A DNA stretch of 64,000 bases. Source: Hemiscyllium ocellatum. Lineage: Eukaryota. Under the pieces are notes generated by a model. That model saw only the letters and a list, made by a program, of their open reading frames with translations. It was not told the origin of the DNA and searched no databases. Position numbers and translations under genes: made by a program. The stretch's first letter is position 1. Each line of letters starts with the position of its first letter. The stretch is from positions 13,461,849 to 13,525,848 of the forward strand of contig NC_083453.1 of the NCBI RefSeq assembly GCF_020745735.1, in the 5' to 3' direction. This document shows positions 51,486-62,480 of this stretch, in pieces.

Positions 51486-51848
51486 CGTGTTGAGCCCCAG
51501 GTTGCCCCGGACCGAGGGAGGGGTGACCCCATACAGCACAGCTGCCCCCGCCACTGCCCCCAGGAGCTGAGCGATCATGTACATTACACAGCGGAATATG
51601 CTCAGCTGCGCCCCAAGCAGGTAGGCGAAGGTAACGGCCGGGTTGAGGTGTGCCCCGCTGACATGTCCAACCGCCTGGACCAGGGCAGCCAGGACAAAGC
51701 CAAAACCCAGAGAAACCAGCAGCACGTTCATGGGGCCCGGAGACCATCGCATGGTAAAGCCCAGTCCAAAAAATACGAAGAGCATGGTGGCAAAAAACTC
51801 TGCAAAGACTGCCCTCCAAAAGGAGATAGACTTCAGCTCCCACATCAT
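51486..51848 (-). CDS. MIP: MIP / aquaporin-0 exon 1
   Basis: (M)[20 protein letters not shown]...[12 protein letters not shown]...VRGNLGLNT, first NPA motif, donor GT at 51484-51485. Confidence 0.96.
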
Positions 51849-51958
51849 TCCCGATCTTCCAAAAAGCAAACTATTAAAAGAAAACAGAAAATAAAAAAAA
51901 TGAAGTTATCTCCTCACTCCTCAAACATTCCCCCCAAATTTAATTGCACAGAATGACG

Positions 51959-51990
51959 TATTTATAGGGGACTCTGAATCTGACAGCATT
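51959..51990 (-). promoter_or_regulatory. MIP TATA box and proximal promoter
   Basis: The minus strand reads aatgctgtcagattcagagtccccTATAAATA about 110 bp upstream of the ATG. tgctgtca resembles a Maf half-site. Confidence 0.6.
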
Positions 51991-52269
51991 ATCTGTGGGA
52001 GGGACCTGTCCGGTTTGTCATTATATTTAACTGTTTCATCCTAGCGCAATAGGCATATTCCAGTGATTTATATTTCCCCCATCCTATTTCTGCAATCGAC
52101 TATATACTTGGTAACGATTGTCAAAAATAAAAAAAACAATTAGGAAGGCAACGAGGGTCCATTAAATTAAATTGTGAAAGTAAAAACTCTAATATCTTAC
52201 AAACCCCTGAATAGCAAAAGGACATCAACGAAAGGTAAGGTCACAAAGGGATGTACAAGATGAACGCAG

Positions 52270-52548
52270 ATTAGATTCCCTATAGTGTGGAAACAGGCCC
52301 TTCGGCCCAACAAGTCCATACCGACCCTCCGAAGAGTAACCCACCCAGACCCATTTCCCTCTGACTAATGCACCTAACACTACAGGCAATTTAGCATAGC
52401 CAATTCACCTGACCTGCACATCTTTGGACTGTGGGAGGAAACCGGAGCACCCGGAGGAAACCCACGCAGACACGGGGAGAATGTGCAAACTCCACACTGA
52501 CAACCTGGGACCCTGGTGCTATGAGGCAGCAGTGCTAACCAGTGAGCC
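52270..52548 (-). mobile_element. HE1/V-SINE-type SINE in the MIP upstream region
   Basis: Very similar to 34572-34887. Confidence 0.88.
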
Positions 52549-52997
52549 AGTGAAATGGCAACAATGAAGGCATTTAAAGTAGAAAAAAGTGAAATAATTG
52601 ACAAACTTGAATAAAGAGGATGAAATCCCTGTATGGATCAATGCACACTAAAAATAAAGCTAGGAAAGAGATTACAATATACATTTAATAGGATCGTGCC
52701 AGAGGACTGGTGGGCAGCTAATGTTACTTCAACATTCAACAGAAAAGATAGAACAAATCTTTGGAGTTATACACTAGTTAACCTAATGCTGATGGTAGGA
52801 AATGTAAAGGCATCTTTCCTCAACGTTGCAATTGAAAAACATTGTGAACATGAAAGTATGCTGAAAATTTGCATGGATTGCAATAAGCATTTTGCTTGAC
52901 CAACCCTGTTGAATTATTTGAGAAATCAACAAAGAGTAGACAAGGGTAATCCAATTGATGTAATCTATATAGTCTTGCAAAATGCCTTCAATAAGGT

Positions 52998-53142
52998 ACA
53001 GCTTTTTCCTGATGAAGGGCTTTTGCCCGAAACGTCGATTTCGCTGCACTTTGGATGCTCCCTGGACTGCTGCGCTCTTCCAGCACCACTAATCCAGAAT
53101 CTGGTTTCTAGCATCTGCAGTCATTGTTTTTACCTACCTGAG
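52998..53142 (+). mobile_element. Short Penelope-end insertion (family 1) inside CR1 RT
   Basis: Near-identical to 19882-20016; TSD taaggt. Confidence 0.85.
53005..53040 (+). ncRNA. Minimal hammerhead ribozyme motif (family 1)
   Basis: tttc-CTGATGA-a-GGGC tttt GCCC-GAAACGTC-gatt. Confidence 0.7.
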
Positions 53143-53944
53143 TAAGGTCAGACCATATGGATTTAGAGGACAAGTAGCAGAATGGATAGCAAACTGGCCA
53201 CAAAGCTAAAAACAAACTAAATATAAAGTTACTCAGATTTGAAAAGATGGGAAGTGATAACATACAGGTAATGGTGCTGGTACCGCTGTTGTTCACCGTT
53301 GATATCAAGATTTGGTCTTGAGAATCAGCAGTACCATATCAAAACTTGCAAATAACCCCAAATTAGGCGATATAATTAATGTTGAGGAAGATTGCAAGAA
53401 AACACAAAAAATGTTGACAAACTTGCAGAATAAGTGTCTAAATGGAAAGTTAATTTCAATACAAATTTATAGGATGAATAAGAAAGCCAAATATTCCATG
53501 GAATGTAAGACTCTAAATGGGACGAACCTCAAAAGGATCAGGGAATCACATTAAAAGTAGTAGCACAGGTCAACAAAACCATAAGGTTAGGGTGTAATTG
53601 AGTACTGGATTACCAGAATTCAAAGGCAGAGAAATTATATTAAAACCTTAATGTGACAACACTTAGAAAAGTATGCACAGTTCTAGTCTCCATTTTACAA
53701 ATGTGGAATAAATGAAGAAGGAAATTGCAACTTTTTTAAAAGCGGGCTCGGGAATTCAGAGGTTATAGTTATCAGGAAGGATTGAATAGGTTGAGCCTGT
53801 TTCCTCTTAAATAAGCAGGCTGAGGGATGACCTGGAAAGAGGTCTTTAATATTCAATTGTCACATAAATCTAATCAGCATTGTGGAGAAATTAATTGGGC
53901 GAAGTTTAATCTCCATATATACTTACCTCTGAACTTATGTCAGA

Positions 53945-54425
53945 CATGGTTCAATTAGCGCATTCTCATTACTGAATCATAAAATTCTTTGTTTTGAAGT
54001 TCTACTCCAGAATGTGGACAAACAGCAAGACTGACAATTCAGTGAGAGAGTGCTACACTGTTGGAGGTGGGTTTTGTTTTTGGATGAGATGTTAAAACAG
54101 GGCCCAGCTTTATGCTCTCAGATGGGCATAGGAGATCCCAGCTCCAAAGATGTGTAATAGCATTAGAAAACATCTGATTTATCCCATGGCCATTGCTTTG
54201 AAGGGAAATTGAAGGATTCTTCTCAGTGTCCTGGCAAGATTTATCCTCAGTCAATATCACAAACACATGATCAGGTCATTATCGCACTGCTGTTGAAAGA
54301 GATTTGCGGTGGGCAAATTGATCATATTTCTTATAAGAATGATTGCAATTTCATTAATACTATTGACTGTAAAGTACTTTGAAATGTCCACGGGTCATGA
54401 AAGGTGTAAGACAAATACAAGGCTT
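53945..54425 (+). mobile_element. Deu-domain SINE (SacSINE1/AmnSINE1-like), degenerate
   Basis: Recognised motifs gtgctacactgttggaggtg...ggatgagatgttaaaacaggg...ctctcagatgggcataggagatccca...tcctggcaa.atttatcctca; the family name is from memory. Confidence 0.6.
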
Positions 54426-56152
54426 TCTGGACTTGTTTGAATAATCACTACGTGCGTCACTGTGAATTTTGAAGCAATCTCGACACGTGCTTCAGTCTGA
54501 ACACTGTTAAATAATGCTCAGTACCTGGTGAGATGTGAACAAGTGGACAGACAAGGACACAATTTCTGTTCAAGTTCCTCCTAAATATGTTACTATTTGG
54601 ACCAGTAATTTGCTTGCGGCTGTTGATCGATCAAAAACGCAAAAACGGTAAATAACCCAAACTGCGTCCTAATGATCGATGCTATTTAACGAGATATGGA
54701 CGTCTGACTTTGCCTGCAGGGTTAATACCGTGACATGTTGTGGGGGGCGGGGATTTGGCTTCATAAACGGTTAGATAACAATTGGAAACTTTCCTGCTTA
54801 ATACTGTCATTGTTCGTGCAGATTTGCTGGATTTGATACGTTAGCCCAGAAAAAAACTCATTTCATTTCTGGAGTTTCACTACACACGCTTCGAAACCCT
54901 GGATTTGAGAGAATGTAACCGAACATTGTGTATTTGGATAATTGTCGATGTGAAGTCATGTAAACCTAATGGCCCATGTTTGCATTGCATATGGTAGATA
55001 CCAGAGTGACTAAACAGAATCCTTGAGAGGATTGGGTCTTTTATTCATTTGCTTAAAAAGCCAGCTATTTTCACGAAGTCCTAAAACTCAAGAACATACT
55101 CTCCTACTGATACTATGTTGCACAGTGATACAACAAATTACAGCTGTCATAATGGTGGAATAAGCATTGATATCCAGAACGAATATACTACTAACCCTGA
55201 GTAGATAAGCTGAGCAGCAGGGAACATTTAAAAATGTGCAGAAGTCCTTACCCACTGAGTCCATCTGCTTGCATTCATCTCTTTAGTATTTTGCAGGATG
55301 GATTCTGTCATGAAGCAGTTATTCGTATTTATTCCACTGACCTATATATGGTTTTGGTCTGCATATGTTCCAGTTTCAAGACAAGAATTTTCTCTGTAGC
55401 CTGCTAAGTAGGGCTGGAGTATTTCATCACTCTCTCAATGTGTGCTTTGTTGAATGCTGAAGTTCCTGACTTTGACAAGTATTGTTGACATTTTAAAATG
55501 ATTTTTCCTCCCTTTTTGCTTCTCTAGTCATTTCCATTGTGTGCCTGTTACACAGTAGCAGTGCATGCTCATAGCATAAAAAAGCACAAAACAAGAAAAT
55601 GGCATTTCAACCTTTAAACGCATTTTTTCCATCAATCATGCACAATTTGAACTTTTATGGAGTCTGTCCAACTTGTTAATCTCTTGAATGAAGTTTGTGT
55701 CGTTTTTACTTGTCATCCAAAAGTAAATCAGCAAAATTTCAATGCCTATGTAAGCATACAACCACCATTATTCACCCTTAATAAGATTTTCTTCTGAGGA
55801 ATTCTATGATCATAGCTCATAACTACCATGCTGCAAAGGGTACTTCATAGAAAATAGGAGCATTTGTAGACCACTTGACCCTTCAAACCTGCTCTGCCAT
55901 TCAATATAATCATAACCATTCCTGTTCCCGCTTTCTCCCCATACTCTTTGGCCTGTTTAACCCCAACAACTGTATCTATGTCCTTCTTGAAAACATTCAA
56001 TGTTTTGGCCTCAATGGCTTTAGGTGGTATTTAATTCCACAGGCTCCTCACTCTCTGGGTGAACATGATGAGGAGATGCCAGTGTTGGACTGGGGTGGAC
56101 AACATAAAAAATCACACAACACCAGGTTATAGTCCAACAGGTTCATTTGGAA

Positions 56153-56189
56153 GTACTAGCTTTCGGAGCACTGCTCCTTCGTCAGGTAC
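56153..56189 (-). ncRNA. Minimal hammerhead ribozyme motif (family 2)
   Basis: The minus strand reads gtac-CTGACGA-a-GGAGC agt GCTCC-GAAAGCTA-gtac, with helix I gtac/gtac and palindromic AGCT. Confidence 0.75.
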
Positions 56190-56395
56190 CTAGTGGGGCA
56201 GGATCATAAGACAGGGCAGAAGTGAGTACTGCAGATGCTGGAGATTCGAATCGAGAGTGTGGTGCTGGAAAAGGGTTGACTGAAGGGCTTTTGCACGAAA
56301 CATTGATTTTCCTGCTCCTCAGATGCTGCCTGACCTGCTATGCAGCAGCACACTGTCAACGAGGATCATAAGACAGTCGATCTTGTCCCACTAGT

Positions 56396-56430
56396 TACCT
56401 GATGAAGGAACAGTGCTCCGAAAGCTTGTA
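56396..56430 (+). ncRNA. Minimal hammerhead ribozyme motif (family 2)
   Basis: tac-CTGATGA-a-GGAAC agt GCTCC-GAAAGCTT-gta, with one helix II mismatch. Confidence 0.6.
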
Positions 56431-56650
56431 CTTCCAAATAAACCTGTTGTGTGATTTTTAACTTTCTCTGGGTGAAGACATTTTTCCTCATCTGAATCCT
56501 AAAAGGTCTACCCTATGTCCCTAGACTGGGACCCCTGTTTTTGAACAGCCTCACCATTGGGAACATCCTTCCTGAATTTACCCTGTCTAATCCTGTTAGA
56601 AGTTTATAGATACTCTATAAAATATCTATAAAATATGATTTTTCTATGAG

Positions 56651-56970
56651 ATGGCAAGGTGGATCAGTGGTTAGCACTGCTGCCTCACAGCACCAAGGAC
56701 CCAGGTTCAATTCCAGCCTTGCCCGATTGTCTTTGTGGAATCCTTGTGTCTGTGTGGTTTTCCTCCAGGTGCTCCGGTTTCCTCTCTCAGTCCAGAGATG
56801 TGCAGGTCAGGTGAATTGGTCATGCTCAATTGCGCATAGTGTTAGGTATATTAGTTAGGGGTAAATATAGGGTAGGGGAGTGGTTTTAGGTAGGTTACTC
56901 TTCGGAGGATCGGTGTGGACTTGTTGGGCCGAAGGGCCTGTTTCCACACTGTAGGGAATCTAATCTAATC
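56651..56970 (+). mobile_element. HE1/V-SINE-type SINE
   Basis: A/B boxes and (aatct)n tail. Confidence 0.85.
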
Positions 56971-58453
56971 TCACTTCATTCTTCTACACTCCATTGAATA
57001 TAGTCCTAACTGATTCGGTCTCTTTCCTAGCTATTCTTTTAACCATGGAAGAATACAGTAAAAAAGGAAGCCATTCGGTGTACCACGCCTATTCCAACCT
57101 GTTTGTTTACTCAAAACATGCAAGCCTGTTCCTGACCAGACATTTATTGATTTTGCAAAACATAAATTAAATAACACAACATCAATTGGAACTGCGTTGC
57201 AATTATGTACTGTTTTATGAAAAAAAACTCTGTGACTTAGAGCTTGTAAATAAAATTCTCATGTAATAAAGTTATGCAAGTACCGTCCAAGTTACCTAGC
57301 CTACTTCCACTATAGTTATTAATGAACATTTCAAAGATGTGGATCATATTCTTTCTGAATGATTCCATCTCCAATGAGAAAGAAGTTCAGCTCTGCACAT
57401 TTTTCTTCATAGTCCTAAATCCAGATGATCCTTGCTACTCTTTGAACTTTAATCAATGCTTCAGCATTCTTTTGAATTTAGGGTGCCCAAAATGTTATAT
57501 GACCTCTCTAATTTTCTATAGAAGTTATGAAAACCTCTTTTCAATTAGAATCAAATGCATCAGAATATGTAGTTACCCTTGTTCATAATAGCTTCTTATT
57601 GATTAGATAATTTTAATGCATGCCCAAATGTCGCTATTTTCTTTTAACCTTTGCTAATATTTATCCCTTCAATTTCTAATCATTTTATGTCTCCTGTTTT
57701 AACAATTCTTATCTTATATTTGTGCATGTTAAAATCTCTCTGCCTAGAAACTTAATTCTGATGTGAAGAAAGTGAATAATTACAGAGAAAGAGAGTTTGA
57801 TATCTTTGTTGGCAACTTCCTGGTGAAGATTTCTGAACAAGTTTGGCAGCTTGGCTCTCGTTACAGCCTACAATCCAATTCAGCCTATCTCTTCGTCAGT
57901 CATTGGTTGCCTTTCAGATGGCGATTTAACTGCTATTGTAGAAGATGCCACAAAAGCAAAAGCAACATCTTTTGATAAGATTCTCTAATGTCCTATTGAG
58001 AAACCATGTGGGGTTAAATCTGCTTCCATATGTAGAGATGTGACTAGATTGAGCATTTGCTTGTTATGACTGAGTCTTCTGAATCTTGCATTTGTTTCAA
58101 CAGCCTGGCGGATATGCCACAAGAGGCATCCCTGCTTTACAGGGATGCTCAAATGCCACAATTATTGGATCTGATGTTAACTTTGTCCAAGTAAATGAAT
58201 TTTGAATGAGTTAGAAGTGTTTTCCTTTGGATTTATTGCGAGGCATGAAGAGAATTGTTCAATTTCTGGATCATGAGTTTGGGAAAATCTCAGTTTAATT
58301 CTTTGAGACCCCAAATTCTCAGCTCATTCAGATCAGTTATCTGGAATCAGACATTTTAATGAAAACGCTTCATATTCTTGTGTCCATTGTAGGTCACCCT
58401 CATTGAGTTACTGCATTTTGACAGAATTCAGATGGATTACAGGAAATTTAATG

Positions 58454-58659
58454 ATATTGAGGTGCCAGTGTTGGACTGGGGTGGACAAAGTTAAAAATCA
58501 CACAACACCAGGTTATAGTCCAACAGGTTTATTTGAAAATACGAGGTTTCAGAGTGCTGCTCATTTGCTAGCTACCCGATGAAGGAGCAGCGCTCTGAAA
58601 GCTTGTACTTCCAAATAAACCTGTTGAACAATAACCTGTATTGTGTGATTTTTAACTAT
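58454..58659. mobile_element. Palindromic family-2 insertion
   Basis: Inverted arms gttaaaaatcacacaa...; imperfect TSD gga(a/c)atttaatg. Confidence 0.8.
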
Positions 58660-59814
58660 GGACATTTAATGTTGAAGATCCTCTTATTTTTGGAGTATAA
58701 CCTATAATTCCAGCTTTAACAGAGAACTTGCATTAATTAAACACTTGCACACTTTCTTAAGTTGTTTTTAAATATCTCATAGCCAAGGTATTATTTTTGT
58801 AATCACTGACATTACATGGTAGTTACCTTGTGTGTAACATGTTCCCTCAAACAGCAATGAGGTAGATAATTGACTGGTTACTTCATTTTTGCTGTGCTGT
58901 AGAAATCCAACTTGTATTCACCAAAGGAAAACATTACTATTGTTTTTATTTCATGTTATAAATTTGGGGAAATGTTATGATCCCAACTGATGGTAATGCT
59001 GAACAAGTCAGATCCCAGAATGAAATCCTCCTAATAGAACATATGTTTAATTTTTGTAGTTGGTGACTATGATGGTTAGTCATTGAACATATGTACACAA
59101 GGCTTCAAATGGTTTTTAACAAAATAAGACAGGTTTATTACACAAAAGAAGAAAATCAAATAAAACGATGTATGAGAGTTTAGAAAGATCTTCACGTAAA
59201 CAGCAAAACAAAGTTTCAACCTGTTTCCCAGCAATCTCCTTTATACATGCTCAGTCTCAGAGAACCATCACTCCTAACTCAACTCTTTAATTTCTGACTT
59301 ACCTGATTCTTTTCTGTTCTCCTTCTTGAACAGCTGAGACAGTTTCATGACTTCTGTTCAGTTCTGACAACTTGAAAACTTCTACGCAAACTCTCACAAT
59401 TTGGAGGCGTCACAAAATAAAACCCTTCCATTAGGGTGAAATTTTCTTCTAAACTGAAAACTTGATGCTTCTGTTTTGAAGTCAAAATAAACTTATGGCC
59501 TCTGACCTGTTTTCTCTTTCATTGTAAATTCAGCAGTTTTAACATTTTATCGATTAACATGTCAGATGTCCTGCTAGGCACTTGCGTAACTCACCTCCTA
59601 AGTTCCCAAAGCCTGTCCATGATCCAAAAGGCACAATCAGGAGTATGATGGAATGCTCTTCATTTGCCTGAATGGGTGCAGTTCCTATAGCAACCAAGAA
59701 GTGTGACACCCATTCAGGACGAAGCAGCCCACTTGATTGACATATCTTCCATATCTTAAGCATTCACATCCTTCACTATCACTGCGCAATAGCAGCAGGG
59801 TGTACCATCTACAA

Positions 59815-60645
59815 GTTGAGTGAGTGGGAAATTGCACGGCAGATGCAGTATAATGTGTATAAATGTGGGGTCATAGACTTTGGTATCAAAAACAGGAAGG
59901 CAGTTTATTATCCAAATAGCAATAGATTGAGAAAGTGGGAGCTGCAACAAGATCTGGGAGTCGTTGTACACCAGCCCTTCAAAGTAAGCATGTAGGTGCA
60001 GCAGGTGGTGAAGAAGGCAGTGGTATGTTGGACTTCGTAGTAAAGAGATTTACGTACAGGAGCAGGGATGCCTTGCTGAAATTATGTAGGACCTTGGTGA
60101 GACCACACCTGGAGTATTGTGTGCAGTTTTGGTCTCTTTATCTGAGGAAGAATGTTCTGGCTGTATGGAGTGCAATAAAGATTTACCACACTGATTCCTG
60201 GGATAGCAGGACTGTGTGAAGAGAGAATGGATCAGTTAGGACTATTTTAACTGGGGTTTAGAAGAATAAGGGTTGGGGGGTATTGCTTCGAAACCTATAA
60301 AATTCTAACAGGATGAGACAGGGTTAATGCAGGTCCCCTATGGGGAAGCTAGAACCAAAGTGACAATTTAAGGATACGGGGTAGACCTTTTCAGATTGAG
60401 ATGAGAAGAAATGCCTTCACCCAGACAGTGGGGAGCCTGTGGAATTCACTGCCACAGAAAGTGATTGAGGTCAAACCATTGAACGTCTTCAAGAAAGAAT
60501 TAGATCTCGTTCTTAGAGCTAAAGGGATTAAAGGTTATAGGGAGAAGGGCCCAGGAGACTGAGTTGGATGATCACCCACGATCGTATTGAATGGCAGAGC
60601 AGGCTGAAAGGGCTGAATGGCCTACTCCTGATCCTATTTTCTACG
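59815..60645 (+). mobile_element. CR1-type LINE 3' fragment
   Basis: [18 protein letters not shown]; inserted in an older LINE 3' fragment (59560-59815 / 60646-60950). Confidence 0.85.
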
Positions 60646-61587
60646 ATGCATTGCAGTAACTCACCAAGGCTCTTTCGACAACTAGTACCTAGAAGGACTA
60701 GCTGCATGGAACCCCATCATCTGAAAGTTCCTCTCCAAGCCACTCCCCAACTTGACTTGGAAATATATTGTCGTTCCTTCACTTTCATTGGGTTAAAATC
60801 CTGGAAATCCCTCCCTAACAGTACAGTGGCTGTTCCTACACCCAATTAATGCAACGGTTCAATCAGGGACAAATTAGTAAGTTAACAAACGAATTAGGGA
60901 TAAACAACACGTGCTAGCTTTGCCAATGACACACGCATCTTGTAAAAGAATGAAGATAAAGTTCCACCTTTCTCCAAACATTTCAGAATCAGTTAAAGGA
61001 AAATGCCATGTTGAATCATCAAATAAAATGTAATAAAAAATTAATATTTCTACACTTCAGAACATTTTTGAATCCCCGGTATTTAAGGTAGGTCTCGTAC
61101 AATGTTGACATGCATCCCCCCTTTTGAATGAATTGTCTCATTGTGTCAAGATTTATTTCAAAAACTGAATATACGTTGTGGAAAGCAAGCGTTAGGCCAA
61201 CATTCCATTTGCCTTCCGTATTACCCACTGAGCTTGGATGATAACATTTTGTGATTCGTGGATGAGGACTCCTAAATCCCTCTGTGCTGTAGCTTTCTGC
61301 AGTCTTTCTCAATTTAAATAATATTCAGCTCCTGTATTCTTCCTGCCAAAGTGCATAACCTCACATGTTTCCACAATACATTCCATCTGCCAAGTTTTTG
61401 CCCACTACGTTAGCCAGTCTATGTCCATCTGCAGACTTTTTGTGTCATCCTGACTGAAATAACTCCACAGAGACTGGTATCCCGTCACCAAGTCACCCTT
61501 TATTTTCACATGAACAGTCCTTGACTTATAATATCTTCTCATACAGAGTTGGGCACCAAAGTGTCAATATCTCTGACACTCACCATG

Positions 61588-62480
61588 TTTAACCTCCGCC
61601 ATTTCCGTCATCTACAGTCAGATCCCATCACCAGAAATACATTTCCCTCCTCACCCCTATCTGTGTTTTGGAGAGACCATTCCTTCTGCAACTCCCTCGT
61701 TAGGTCCACGCCCCACACCAACCCACTCTCCACTCCCAGGACCTTCCCCTGCCGTCGCACGAGGTGTGAAACTTGCACCCACACCACATCTCTCACCTCC
61801 GTCCAAGGCCCCAAAGGATCATTTCAACTCTGGCAGAGATTTTCCTGCACATCCTCCCTCCTCATTTACTGCATCCGTTGCTCTCGATGTGGTCTCCTCC
61901 ATATCTGGGAGATCGAGTGCCAACTCACGGAGCAGTTCAGGGAACACCTCTGGCTCACACGAACTAACCAACCCCACTGCCCTGTGGCCAACCACTTCAA
62001 GTCCCCTTCACACTCCCCTAAGAACATGCAAATTCTGGGCTTTCTCTATCGCCAAATCAAAGCTACCCACCAAATCCACTGGAGGAAGAACACCTCATCT
62101 TCTGCCTCGGGATCCGACAAACATCAACAATGACTTCACTAGTTTCCAAATCTCCCTTCCCTCCACCTTCTCCTAGATCCAACCTTCCAACTCGGCACTG
62201 CTCTCTTAACCTGACCTACCTGTACATCTTCCTTCCCACCTATCTTCTCCTTTAACCCCCCCTCCCCCCCACAAACCTATCACAATCATCTCCTACCTAC
62301 ATCCACCTGTCACCATCCCACCTACCTTCCCCCTCCAGCCGTACTCTCCCACCCCTATTTACCTCTCAGCCCCCTTTCCCTTCCATATTCCTGATGAAGG
62401 GCTTATGCCCGAATCATCGACTCTCTTGCGCCTTGGATGCTGTCTGACTTGCTGTGCTTTCTCCATCACCACACTTTTTG
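61588..62480 (+). mobile_element. Penelope-like 3' fragment (GIY-YIG), related to the 17.6-kb element
   Basis: LRHFRHLQSDP...FPCRRTRCETC...LIYCIRCSRCGLLHIWE; degenerate hammerhead at 62387-62420. Confidence 0.88.

Larger units (their letters stand above)
52560..53850 (+). mobile_element. Degenerate CR1 RT fragment
   Basis: VPEDWWAANVT, VDKGNPIDVIY...AFNKV, ISKLANNPKLG. Confidence 0.75.
56064..56464. mobile_element. Palindromic family-2 insertion containing a nested family-1 insertion (56215-56361)
   Basis: Outer TSD tctctgggtgaa (56052-56063 / 56465-56476); inner TSD aggatcataagacag (56200-56214 / 56362-56376). Confidence 0.85.
55845..57030 (-). mobile_element. CR1 3' fragment hosting nested insertions
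   Basis: CR1-like 3' end in reverse complement, interrupted by family-2 and SINE insertions. Confidence 0.65.

Noticed and set aside
51393-51956. ORF-track extensions and overlapping ORFs at MIP exon 1
   Set aside because: Homology starts at MWEL and ends at the donor after LNT; the rest is read-through or shadow frames.
58973-59559. Possible solo LTR (TGTTA...TAACA); similar hints at 8280-9624 and 61455-62583
   Set aside because: Termini and TSDs could not be fixed confidently by eye, so these were not reported as features.
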